Shown here piece by piece: positions 45,480-58,518 of a DNA stretch of 64,000 nt. Numbering within the stretch: the stretch's first letter is position 1; the number at the start of each line of letters is the position of its first letter. The notes below the pieces were generated by a model. That model had not been told where the DNA came from and did not search any database. It saw only the letters and a program-made list of their open reading frames with translations. Source of the DNA: Auanema rhodensis (lineage: Eukaryota > Animalia > Nematoda); the NCBI GenBank assembly GCA_964057225.1, contig OZ059894.1:10354001-10418000 (forward strand). The letters run 5' to 3'. A program made the translations under genes and the position numbers.

Positions 45480-47978
45480 TATCTCTCTCTCTCTCTATCT
45501 CTCTCTTTCTTTCTTTATATATATCTTTCTCTATGTATGTTTTACTATTTTTATTATAATCTTATTGATTTCAAAGTTTTTATTTCAATATTATTATTAT
45601 TCTCATCAATCATTTTCATTTCTTATAATATAACAACATATAACTTATATTATTTAGAAAATTATATATAAACCTTCTTCTTCTTCTTCAACTTTTCAAA
45701 AAAAAAAGTAGAAAACAGGAAGATGAAGATGACAATTTAAATATTTAGATATTATTCTATCTATCTTATGTACATAAACTTTTCTGATTCGTCGTGTTTT
45801 TGCCGAAGAAAAACGAGAACTGCGTTCCACTACTCTCGAAACGTTTTTGAAGTTCAGCATTAACGTCACGGAAAATACTGAATCTTATCTCACAACTGCT
45901 TCATTCTGTCTGCCAATTTTTGTGAAATATGAAAAAAATTAAAAGAAAGAGCAAAGAAATAAGTAAATACTCGATTGAGAATATCATTCTCCACACTCTC
46001 TTGCCCTTTTTCTCCCCTATCTCTCTCTCTTTTTCTCTCTCTTTCTATCTATCTATCTCTCTCTCTCTCTCTTTCTTCATATATATTTCTCTCTCAACTT
46101 CTTGTTCTCTTCTAGACAATTTGTTCACTTTTTTTGATGCCTTGTCCTCCTCCATACATTCTATTTGCTTACACGGTTGATTCAAGTTGTTGAAGTTTTG
46201 ATATCGGATTCATCTTCATTTCAATTTTTTCAACCTTTATGTTTTCTCCCTCTCTCTCTATCATACTCTCTTCTGATTTTTCAAGCTGTGTCATATAAGT
46301 CATCGTTGGCCTCTCCTTCTTGATATACTTTGCCTTTGTCAAGTTTTTGTAACCTTGTCTCACTCAACTTTTTCCGAAAGAGAGAAAGAGACTGACCTCC
46401 TAGGTTGAGTCGCATGAAGTCATTTCACCCACTTTCATATTTTTTTCTTTGTTTCTCTCATTCCCTCCATAATACCTGTGCTCTCTTTCCTCACTTTTTT
46501 CATTTTTTACTTCTTATCTTTCAGTTATTCTAGATTTATTTCTCTTCAATATCAAGTAACAACATAAACAACAAAAATTGAAAATCAAAAGTAATCGAAG
46601 CCCCGGATATCAGACTTCACCCACCATCGTTTTCATTCATTTTTCCTAAGCTTTCCAACAACTTTCAACAACATATTTTTCAAATGAACTTAGAAGAAAA
46701 TAGCTAATAGCATACATATAATTCAATAAACTTTTCATTTTTATTCTTCTTAAACTTGAAAAAAAAAACATTTTTTGTAATTAAATAATATAAATTCATT
46801 TAAAAATAATAACAAATCATATTTTCTATTCTTAAATCATTTTTTCTTTTCTTTAAATGAATAATGAGAAAGTAATTCTTGAAGTTTTCAAGAGACATCG
46901 TTTTCCAAAAATTCATTGTCATACTCTTATCTATCAAGTAAATCAAATGTGGTGTTTGTTTGATCTCATTCTCTTTGAACAAATCTTTTTGAAACTCTTT
47001 ATTCAAAAATATGTTTTTCTTTTCTTTTTTTTCGTCACAAAATGATATATTGATGTATGTATATATAAGTAAATGACCTCTAAAATGGTTAAAAATTCTT
47101 TTTTCTCTCATGTAATCTAACATGTCACTCATTTCTTAATCTCTTTTTTGTCTTTTAGCATGTCTATATTTCTATTTTTTTGTACTTTTTATCATTTTTT
47201 TTAAATATTTAAATATATTTATTTTAATAAATATCAATAATATCATTCAAATACTATCAATAAATTCTCTTTTATTTTATAGTCAAGGTCACGGTAACGC
47301 CTACTTCTATTTACGGTTATATCATATTAATCAAAAGCTTTTAATTTAAAAAAAAAAGAATAATTAAAGGTTTATTATAGTTTTTTTTTTGTTAAATTAG
47401 ATGAGATAGAAATCTTTATTACAATATAAATTACTTTAAATACTTTGGTTTTAATAACATATTCTATCATTTCCAGATGTTCTAATATTTTAAAAGTACA
47501 AAAAGATTATTTATAATATTACCCGAAATCTTATGTTTTATATTTTCGTAAAATCCAACATGAAAGTTTGGTTATTAAACTTACAACTTTAACAGCATTT
47601 TTCTATCTTTTGATCATTTTAAGCGGTCTTCCTTTTAAGAGTTGTGACATGATTCCATAACTGACATCTAAACATCTCCTTGATGTCTTTCTTTTCATTC
47701 TTTTCTTAATCAAAGAAAAAGAATAAGAGAGAAGAAGAAGAAGAAGAAGAAGAAATATATATTAAAATAGAAAAGAATATATTCTTTATACCATATAGTT
47801 AGTTAAGAAATCACCAGAAAATACATTCTTTTGTACTGAGAAATACGAATATTTCCTTTTTTTTCCTCTCAATATACAAAGATCTTAACATGTCTCTGAG
47901 TATATCAGTCTGTTTCTCTCACACATGCACTAAACTCCTTTTCCTGCTCGCTTATACTCTTTCTCTTTCTCTTTCTCT

Positions 47979-48034
<56 letters not shown>

Positions 48035-48765
48035 CACCTTGTCTTACCCCCTCTTCACAGGTATATGTTATGAGAAAATATATATTTTCCTTCTTTTTTT
48101 TTCCTTAAATCATCTATATATATATACATATTGAAATATTTTCTATCTTTCTGATACATAATAGATTTTCTAAACTTTTATCAATGAAATCTCATTTCTA
48201 ATATCATTTTTCTTCCTTCTTTCATATTTTTTGAATGTTTAAAATCAATAAGATTTAACTATTATTTCTTTTCTGTTATAAATAACCTTTATATTAATCT
48301 TAATAAAGAAATAATATAATAATATGTATATATTATTCTTATCTATACTAATTATAAATATATTTATTTATTTTACTTTTTAATCCAATTTCATATTTTC
48401 CTATCAATTTCCTTATTCAATACAAATCAATATAAGTTGATGATTACGCTTGTAAAGCAAGATAAAGCAGAAGCATGAAAAGCTTCATGCACTTATAATA
48501 CTATCTACGTATGTATATTATATGTTTTCTTTCTATTTCTTCTATATTTTATTTTAAAATGAATGATGTAAATAGACAATAATTATTATTTAACTAATGA
48601 ATCTATTCATTTTAACTTATATAGTATAAGTTAATGTTTTTCTTAACAACTTCACTGTCAGTTTAATTAAAAAAGTGAAAGTTTCTGTCTCCAAATTCTT
48701 GTTGCTTACAACCGTACATCCAACGTTCATAACAATTCAAATGAACTTTCCATTTTTATTCAGAA

Positions 48766-48900
48766 CACACGTGCAACTCACGTAATTCACGTAAATCACT
48801 ATAATGCTATAAATCATTCTACTATTCACGTAACTCACGAGCTATTCACGTGACTCACGAGCTTCTCACGTAACTCACGCTAGCTCACGTGGGCGTAATT
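48766..48900. repeat. TCACG-core array with alternating 11/9-bp spacing (20-bp dimer GCTATTCACGTAACTCACGA-like)
   Basis: CpGs at 48770, 48781, 48790, 48829, 48838, 48849, 48858, 48869, 48878 and 48888. Confidence 0.9.
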
Positions 48901-51900
48901 CACTTAGCTTTAGCTATTTCTTCTACTTTACACTCATCCTATACTATTTTTTTGGTTTAAAAATATGAAAACGTTGCCTTTCTTTACTTCTTTTGTTGTT
49001 TTTTTCCCAAATAACGTATAGTATATGATATTCACGTACATAAATTTGAATTTTTGCTTTTTATCTTGTTTTAAAATATGAGAAAAACATCAAAGCATAT
49101 CTAGCTATCGTTGAAAATCAGTAGATTTGAAAGAAAATGTCATCTATATAAGGCTATGTGAAAGCTACTGACGAGAAGAATCTGACAGCCTCTTGGGATC
49201 AAAGTCATCATGGTGGAAAGAAAGAAGGAAAAAAACATTTTTCATCTAAATTCTCTGTTAAGATGTTACCTATCATACATTTTCTATATATTTTATTAAA
49301 TTATTATATTAACTATACATAATCATATTATTATGATTTTATTATAATCAAGTTAGTTTTTGGTACTTCTTTATAATTGTTCTAATTTCAAAACAAAATT
49401 AGCAGAGAGAGAGAGAGAGAGAAACTGATTGTTAAAAGGGAGGAGTGAATTAACTGTTTTCTTTTGTATTTTCGAGAGAAAAAAAACATTATTTCGATAA
49501 TAAAAAAATGTAGTTCCTTTTTAATTATGTGCATAATTTAATGAATTTACAGACTTTAGCCACGCAAACTCCGAGAAAAAAACCAAAATTCTTAAATTTT
49601 TTTTTGTGAAAGATGGTGAAGATTCATTGTTGATCACATCTCAAATAGAAACCTTATAGTTGCTGAGATACTTTTTTTTTGAAACTATCCCTTGGGATAT
49701 TAGTTAAGATTATAAAGTATCTTAGTTTTCTTTCCATTTTTTTCTCTTTTTTTTTTACAACAACTTCTAAGTTCAATAGAATGAGAAGAATTGAGAAAAA
49801 TGATCAAGCATTTAACACAATAGAAGAACTAAAAGCAAAAGTATAGTATATACCGACAAACCTTTTTATTCGTAAAAAAAAACAGAGAAAGAGAGAGAGA
49901 GAGAGAGATAGATAGAGAGATAGTCATATAAATTATATTTTTTTTATAAATATTAATATATATAATATATTTTTTTAAAGGAAAAATAAGTATATTTGTA
50001 TTTAGTTATTTAGAAGTTTTTTCCCATTCAAAAATGAGACAGCTCTCATTTCAATGAGCTGACACGTGCGAAAATGTATTTCCTTTTCTGGTATTACGTT
50101 TTCATTTCCTTTTTTAACTTTTGAGTTAAAATTTTCAGAGAAGAATAATCTTTTATTTCTTTTTTTTTTGATTTTATAAATATATTTGTTTTGAAACAAG
50201 CTATGTTCTGCAACATCCTAAACAAGTAAAATGATTTTCAAGCTTCACTGAATATTTGTTTCATGTAACATCTGAAGATCTTCGAAACAACGTTTACTTA
50301 CAATTTTATTTTATTTTTCATTGTTTTTTCTGTTCTTTTTGAGTTTATTTATTTGAAAAAATTGTTTTAAACTATGCCTAATATGGCAATCAAATAGTTT
50401 GATTGAAAAACTAGGGAAAAAAAAGATATTTGGTTTCTAATTTCTAACGAAAAATTCTCATTTTACTTTCGAAATTTTCCAAAATCTGTTTCTAACTAAC
50501 TCTTCAACTCCATTCTTCAAGTTTTTTCTGTTCAAATAAATGCTTTTTGGCTCTTTTTTCACAGCTTCCTACCCTTTTCCATCCATACTGCCTAACATTT
50601 CTCTCAACTCTGTGTTACTATCTTTCTGTTGTTAGTCTCTGGCCACCCTCTCAATCTTCTTGTCTCCTCACCCTTACTATCTCCCTTCCAATTTCTATTT
50701 CTCTCTTTTCCTTTTTCTAATCTATTCTGGCCTATGATGTATCTTTAACATGAAGCAGAAGCAGAAGCAGAAACAGAAGCAGAAGGCTTCTTCAATCCAA
50801 TCTCACAAAATCACCAAGATTCATGTCGAAATTTCATTTTCTGGCCACAACCAACATGAACATGATCATCATGATCACAATGATCATAAGCTACTCAAAT
50901 TGAAAAAAAGAAAAAGAAAAACAAGAGAAGATTGAATTTTCTTCATATTTTCTTATATTTTCATGCTTTTTCTATTATCTTTTTACTTTATTTTAGTTTT
51001 TCTTTTATACATATATGCATCCTACTATCAACATATTCCATTTTTCTGTTTTTCTTCCAACATTTCTCCATTTGTTGCAACTTCATATCTTCGTCTTCTT
51101 TCACATACTTTCAACTTTTTTTTTGTTTGAAAAGCAAAAGCTATCGTTTCATGATTCAAGCCATCATCGCTGACAAAGCTTTCAAAGTCTTGTCTGATCT
51201 GACGTTTATTCTCTTTTAACTCAAACTTCTATTAGTTCGTTCAATGTTCAATAGAACAAAGTTTTTCGACGACAAACGAGCAGAAACAACGTTGTGTCCG
51301 CCTAATTGACCATATTTGACTTATTGAAGCAGGGTGAGGAGGAAAAGAACGCCTTCACGACAAAAACAACAAGCTGATTTGAGAGTTACGACGAGATATA
51401 GAGCACATCATGAAAACGTTTGAGCAGGAAAAAGCAGATATATCAGCTTCTCAGTCCAGTCATTCAGCAGTCCTACCATGTACAACCATTGTTTTAACTA
51501 AATATTATTTTTTTAAATTTAAGACCAAATTTGTAAGAAAAAAGAAAAATTTCATATTTTACTCAATTATTTTCAAAAAAAATAAAAGGAATTTTTAAAC
51601 TTTTATAATATTCTATTTAATCTTTTATGCAATTTTAGATCAAACTTCTTTTTAATTTCCTTTAGTTTCTTATTATATTTTATCTATTCATCATTTTTAT
51701 TTTTAAAATAATTTCTTTTCATCTATCATATCATCTCATATTCCTCTCCCCCCCCCCCCTCAACCAAAACTTTTCATGTATTGATGTATAAACTAAGTGA
51801 ATATATCATAAAAGAATGGAAAAGCATCACCCAAATCTTTGGAGGCTTTGGAAAAAACAAAATTTTCCTCCCTTCCCTTCCAATCTCCGCCACTATCCGA

Positions 51901-52167
51901 CTTACCCACACATCCAAGCACATACAGACATGTGCATATCTCCAACCACATCCATTTACCTCCATTTTCAATTGAATATCATTTACTTTATTCTATTTTC
52001 TTCTAAATTGCTATTGTTGTTGTTGTAGAGACAAACAGAAACATTTTTTGAATCATGTTTATTCAATTTTTCGTCCAAAAATAAATAAATAAAGTTACAT
52101 TTGTCAGATAAGGCGGAAACGTGGTGCCATCAAGTTCGAGGCATTCAATTCGACCCCAGCCCACCTC

Positions 52168-52236
<69 letters not shown>

Positions 52237-52553
52237 CTATCTCTTTCTCTTTTTCTTCACTACTATCATCTCCCTATAATTATATATATAATTATTTATT
52301 GAAAATTATTAATTTCCTCAAATCTTTACAATTCTCTCTTTTTGATTTTTTTAAGATATTATATGTTGGTTAAAGAAATATCAGTTTTTTATAAAAAATC
52401 AATGAAATTCTCAGTTTTTTAATTTGAAATCTTATTATTCGTTAAATCCATTCAATGACTTTTCTATGCCAAAGTTTGAATTCGGATTTCTAAACAAATC
52501 AGCGTCAAATTATTGTATCAAAGAACGAACACCTACATATAGTGTTCTATTCG

Positions 52554-52602
<49 letters not shown>

Positions 52603-53446
52603 TCGCACATTTTTTTGATTCAAAGAAGATCTAGTTTTTCTTTTTTTAGTTTCAATCAAACCTCCTATTTTCCCAGATGATACGATTCACTCGTTTTCCT
52701 CCCCCCCCCCCACTTCCCAAATCTCTCCATCATTCATTACCTGTTTATTTCCTAGTATATAAATATTTTTATTTGTTATTTATATTTTTTCATTCATATA
52801 ATCTTTAATCTTTAACTTTTCTTTTTCTATATCATCATTTGCAAAAAGTACATATATAGCTTTTTTTGATTTTTTTAAGGAACAAAGCAATTTGAAGATA
52901 TTGTCTGGTCTTTCCTTTTAAAATTCTTTAACTCCCAACCCGTTCAACAGACCTGCTCTCTCTCTCTCTTTCACTCTTCTCCCCTCATTTTTTTGTGATT
53001 CTCTCTCTCTCTTTCTCTCTCACGCCCTTTTCTCTTCTCACTTCGCAGTGCCTCTTCTTGCTCTTGATGAAGCAGTAGCACATTTATTTCATCCTAGTAT
53101 TGCTCATTCAATACAATTTATCGTCTTACCCTTAAATAAACGTCCATTTTAAAATGTTTTACCCTCTTGAATTACTATATAGTACTATATACAACAAATA
53201 ACGTTATATTCCCCCTCTCTCTCTCTCTATCTCTCTATCTCTCTATCTCTCTATCTCTCTCTCTCTCTGTCTATATCAAATGAAAAATTAAAATTAAATT
53301 CTTTCTTTCTTTTTTTTTTTGCATCATATAATTGTGTTTATTTATATCTCATCACATCTCATCATTATATTTGGTTTTAACTCTATTATATTCATTTTCA
53401 TTCTTTTTTTCAGTAACAGTGTATGGTTTTCTAGCAACAGATTACA

Positions 53447-54769
53447 ATGATTTTGGCCTGTATTCTAGGTTCTTTTCAACATTTTCATCAGCAACTTCTC
53501 TATATTTTCAACTTTTCAGTGAATTTATCTCTTGTCTATGCATCAGCTTATAAAGCTCAGGGAAATCTTGCAGTAGTCATTAAAGGAGGACAAACTCTGT
53601 ATTCATCAGATGATAATCCATTAACAGCTTATACTCCAGAATTATGGTTAGTTTGAAACTTTTTCTTTATTTCTTTCCACATAAACTTGTAAACAACAAC
53701 ACAATTCATATAAAACTATATAAAGGTGTCAAGTAGCTGATGGAGATACTATCCTTCCACTCTCTTGGGCTCGTTTTGTTCGAACACGTGATCGACAGGC
53801 TTTTGATGTATAATGGATTTTCATTAGTATTATCATTGAATGAACTGTTTTAAGGCTACACTTGACGACAATAAGCTTAGAGCTAAACTTATCTTTGGTG
53901 ACACACCTGTTAGTACTGCTGGAAAGTATAGATGTGAAATGAGAACAACTGATGGAGAATTATTGTATGGAAATATGTTTGTCAACAGTAAGTTCAACAA
54001 GCTCATAAAGTTTAAGTTTATCATTGAATGCTCTTAAGCTCGTCCTTACATCTACAATAATGGATCTCTCGAACTAGAAATGTCTGATACCGAACAAGCT
54101 TTGGTTGTATCAAAAGCTCCAGTCAAATTAGCTCCAGGATCTCCTGGAGTATTGAATTGTCCAGCTAAAGGCTTCCCACATCCAACTATCATTTGGTATA
54201 AGGATGGTATTCAATTAGGTTTGTATAAGCTATTTCATTCATAGTGAATGTTTTCTCTTTCTAGAAGAGAGTGAAAACGTTTTCATCGACAATCAAAATG
54301 TCGAGTTTACTGACGTTACACCTGAAGATGCTGGAGTATATAAGTAAGAATGTTTAAGTCTTTTCATATTTTACTCTTTCTGAATCTTCCAGATGTGTAG
54401 CATATAACCGCTTTAGCATGATCGTAGATCGGAAAGAACAAGAATTCGAGGTTAAATACCAACAGACTGTTGAAATGAAGGGTTAGTCTACACTTTTTAT
54501 TTTGATTTTCATTCAAATTATTCAAACGAATTTCAGGAAGTTATGATTGGGTTCTTCCTCTGACTGTCATTCTTATAATACTTATTCTTCTCTTTATTGT
54601 GATTTATTCCTGCCAAGCTTGTAAACGATACAAAGCTGCTCAATATAATGTAAATGAACGAGAGTACGTCAAAGATCTCAGGAAACTATTTATAAATCTC
54701 AAACTTTTCAGACGTAGACAAGGCCGAACAGCTGAGGAAACTAGAGCTCTTAAAGCTGACGCAGTCTAA
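53447..54769 (+). CDS. zig-1: Two-Ig-domain type I membrane protein (ZIG-1/basigin-like)
   Basis: Signal MILACILVNLSLVYAS; Ig1 ...LWC...AGKYRCEM; Ig2 LNCPAKGFPHPTIIWYKDG...DAGVYKCVAYN; TM WVLPLTVILIILILLFIVIYSC; short tail ending ALKADAV*. Confidence 0.85.
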
Positions 54770-55842
54770 GTAGGTATGTACATTTAAATAATTTAAATCA
54801 AAAATATAAACTTCGAACATTAAGTATGCATATTAGATAATTGCCACGTGTGTATGCATGACCAACTGTTATTATTGATTATTTTATAATTTTTTTGAAT
54901 AAATATTAAAGGTTTTACATGCTTCAACCTTTAAATTATCTATTTTCAGATAATTTTTGGTACTTCCTTGACCCATCGTAAAGCGTTAGCAAACTTATTC
55001 TACGCTTATCAAGCTTCATATTGCTCTCCAATACATTTGCTAGTTTTGACATTCATTACATCATAACCTTACATTAGTTCTTTTCATTTGAACTTTTTGT
55101 TTTAAATTAAGAATCGTAGGAAAAGAGATTAACCTGCATTAGCAGGTCGCTCACTTACATGTGGTTTTTCGTCAAAGCTATTATATTTCATCAGAAAACT
55201 CTTTCACTTTATTAAATATGCGATATGATTTAAGAAAATGGATGAAATGTATTAGTTCTCGCTCCATAATTGCTTTCTTTAGGACCTTGTTAGAACATTC
55301 TTCACCCGAATGCCTACGTTGTCTTGGTTATTGTCAGGCCTTCCTGCTTATATCTTTGTGGCCATAGAAAATTATCCAAAAAATGCCTTAAATTCATAGC
55401 TTCCTGAAATAATTCAATGCTTCAATGGCCAGAATTGCATAACCGGTACAAGATATATGTTTTTTACCATTTTTCATTATCAATTGTTGAACTAATGCCG
55501 AGCTTCATTAAGTTGCTACCAAATTATTATATAAAGAAATTTTAATAAATATTTTTACTTTTGTTTTACAAGTATTACAATAATAAATTGAATTCCAAAG
55601 TCATACATCAACGTATATTGTCTCTAAACAAAGCTGCATCATTGAACAAAGTATTGCGCCGGTATTCAGCCAAAATTTTAGTCAAATGATCAGGCGAAGG
55701 CAACAGCATTAGAAATCATATTCTGAAGCAAACGTAAAATAAAAGATTGGCTTGATGAGTAAGACCTCTTTGAATCAACGTAGAATAGGATCGAATAGAG
55801 AAGTTTCGTGATATTACAAACATTTCAGTTGGAATTCGTTTC

Positions 55843-56518
55843 ATGAACGCCACTAAGTATAATTGTCTTGATTATGTTGATAAATTTCGAAGAATAGGTT
55901 AGTTTTTAAATTCCATGCTTGCACAATTACTACTTAGGGACTATCCCACCATATAAATCTTCAACAAAACACAAAATGCCCCCGTTCTGCCAGCCTGCTC
56001 GTCCTACTAGCTTATCAGATGTTACGACCGAACCTTCAGAAGATTCTTCATATAAGAAGCGTTACGTTTCCAATTCGATTTCAAATGCTTCGAAGGAGTC
56101 AAATGTTTGTTGCACTACTTCTTCTCATAATTCTCTCGGATTTTAGAAGAATTGCATCTCAAGCAAAATTGCAAATCGAAAAAAACCAAGACGGCGGCCA
56201 ACATCACATGTTGCTGCCGACAATGAAATCACTAAGCAAGTTGCTCGAAGTGCAAGTGTGATTGCTCCCGATGATGATGATGATGTATGTTTTAAACAGA
56301 TTGATTAGTAAGATTTAGAAGATTTCTAGATTGATACAAGCGAACGTTCACAATCTGTTCCTGCCGAATCACAGCAAATCATATTAACAGATTGGAAACT
56401 CAGAGAATTGGCCCTACGATATCAGCGACAATGTGAAGCAGCGCAACAGCAACAACGAAAGAGTCGAATTCCAGTTCTCAAAAATCAAATTTGGAAGCAC
56501 CCTGTGAAGTTTGAATAA
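55843..56518 (+). CDS. Low-complexity Ser/basic orphan protein with C-terminal SxIP motif; 5' end uncertain
   Basis: Four exons in frame: MNATKYNCLDYVDKFRRI|GTIPPYKSS...KESN|KNCISSKIANRKKPRRRPTS...DDDDD|IDTSERSQS...QQQRKSRIPVLKNQIWKHPVKFE*. Confidence 0.65.
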
Positions 56519-56680
56519 GGATCTTATCAGTTGTTTATGAACATCAATGTACAAAGTAGTTGAAAATTAGTTGAATGATTATGATCAAATTTGATTAAAT
56601 TAACAATAATAAAATAAATTAGACTGGAGAGATCCCACGCATTCTCTAGGGTATAAAATAAAATAAGGTATACAAACAAA

Positions 56681-58326
56681 TTATGCTGTTGCAGCCGCAA
56701 GTTTTTCCGCTAGTGCTTCATCTTCGTCGCAAAATTTCGGTTTTAAACATCCTTCAATGAATGCAGGTTCAAGATTTGCTAAAGTTACACCATTTACAGT
56801 AATTCTGTTCCTGGTGATATCTAAAATAAGAAGAATAAATGATGTCTTAAGAAGCAGTCTGCACCTCCACTTATTTCAGGTAAAACCGTGTTGCCTAATA
56901 CTATGTCATATCCATCATAATTTAATAAACGTACTAGCATTTGAGCAGTACTACAAACAGAGTCCTGCAATATAAAGTATAAGCATAAGACTAGCCACCC
57001 AAATTTGTTGTACCATTTCTTCCAGTGTCATATCAAAAGCAATACGGAATCCTGGCTCAGTAGGATCGACTAGACCAGGGCTGCCAGGCAAAAACAAACC
57101 TTAAGCATAAGAATTAAATTAATTTTTTTTGTTTTACTGACCAGCAGCTAGTGCTTCGAAGAATCTACGAAATGCTGGGCCTAACGGTAATGGCACACGA
57201 TTGGGGGTGTGGAGGAGGCAGAATTGACACTAAAAAGACAATAAAGTAAAATTAAAAAACTAAAGCTATTACAAGAAATTCCATGGCCCACACAGAAAGT
57301 GGGTGTAATCCAGGGAAACGCGAACGGACATCTTTCATAACTCTTAGTAAAACCTTCAACAAGAAATTTATGAATAGAGTTGATAAATGGTATTTACTCT
57401 GATGGGAGAATTGTCTGATACACTTTCAAACCAAGCCGCATGACGAATCGAATGATAATTATACATCATTGATCTTTCTGGGACTAAAAAAAAATGACAG
57501 AAATAAAGAAAAAACAATAATTGTACTCACGATGTGTTTCTGGTTGAAGTAATCCAACATTACCGGGAACTGTAGTTACCAGCAACTTAAGCTCAGCATG
57601 TTCCCCGGAAATATGAATTCCATATTCTCTTGTTGCGAATGTAGCAACTACAATAAAAAAATAAATAAAATATAATAGTTATAACAATTAAGTTCAAAAA
57701 TATCGATAAAGGAATGAAGAAAACTTAAAGAATAGGAAAATGAAAAAAATCACCTTCATGTAGTGCTTGAAGTTCTTCGATAACAAGAGTACCAAACTTG
57801 GTGACGAGTTCGTCTGAAAATACAAACGATTTTGAAAATATCGGATATCTCTACTAACAAGAAGGTAAAATCCCCATCACTATCGCTATGTCAGCAGTGA
57901 GGTGTCCGAGAAGGGCGACGTCTTTCTTCCATGATCCAACCTCTCGAACTTCTTCAATTTTCTAAAAATTATATAATTGAAAATATTAAGAAAAACTACT
58001 TACAAATTCGTTGTTGACTTCAGTATTATTAACAATATTATCTACAATCACTTTAACTCGGTTCAATAAGGTTGTTACAGTGTTACGTTCTTCCTCGGTG
58101 GGAACAAGTTGCTCTGAGCGTGTTCGTACACACTATAACAGCAAAATAAATATACTTTATGAAATTAATACAGTACCTGTGTTAATGGAGCTTCATCATA
58201 CACATTGACTCGCTCAAAACTTTCCCCGCAATTATGAATGTCAAATGGAGGGCTGCGAACCATAAAAGATGGGCCCATGCTTTGAGGCCGTCCACCACCT
58301 CGATGTCCTCTGAATCCTCCACGCAT
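56681..58326 (-). CDS. ILF2: Interleukin enhancer-binding factor 2 (NF45) homologue, DZF domain
   Basis: MRGGFRGHRGGGRP...PPFDIHNCGESFERV, IEEVREVGSWKKD, ADIAIVMGILPS, SIRHAAWFE, VLLRVMKDVRSRFPGLHPLSVW, FRRFFEALAAGLFLPGSPGLVDPTEP. A TTTTCAG acceptor lies 1 nt before the ATG. Confidence 0.92.
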
Positions 58327-58518
58327 TCTGAAAAGACGATATTTTAAATGTTCTATTATACAAATTAAAACAATTGAAACTATTAACATAACATTTGTGA
58401 ATTTTGATGTTTAGAGACGTGAGATGAAGAACTTTAAATCCAATTGCGTATTGATTTTCGATTGCACGTCTAATATTCAAATTAGCATTGTATATATTGT
58501 AAATTATATGCTTGCAAA

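Noticed and set aside
52103-52162. GTTCGA/TTCGACCCC tRNA T-loop-like motifs
   Set aside because: No cloverleaf or acceptor stem can be formed.
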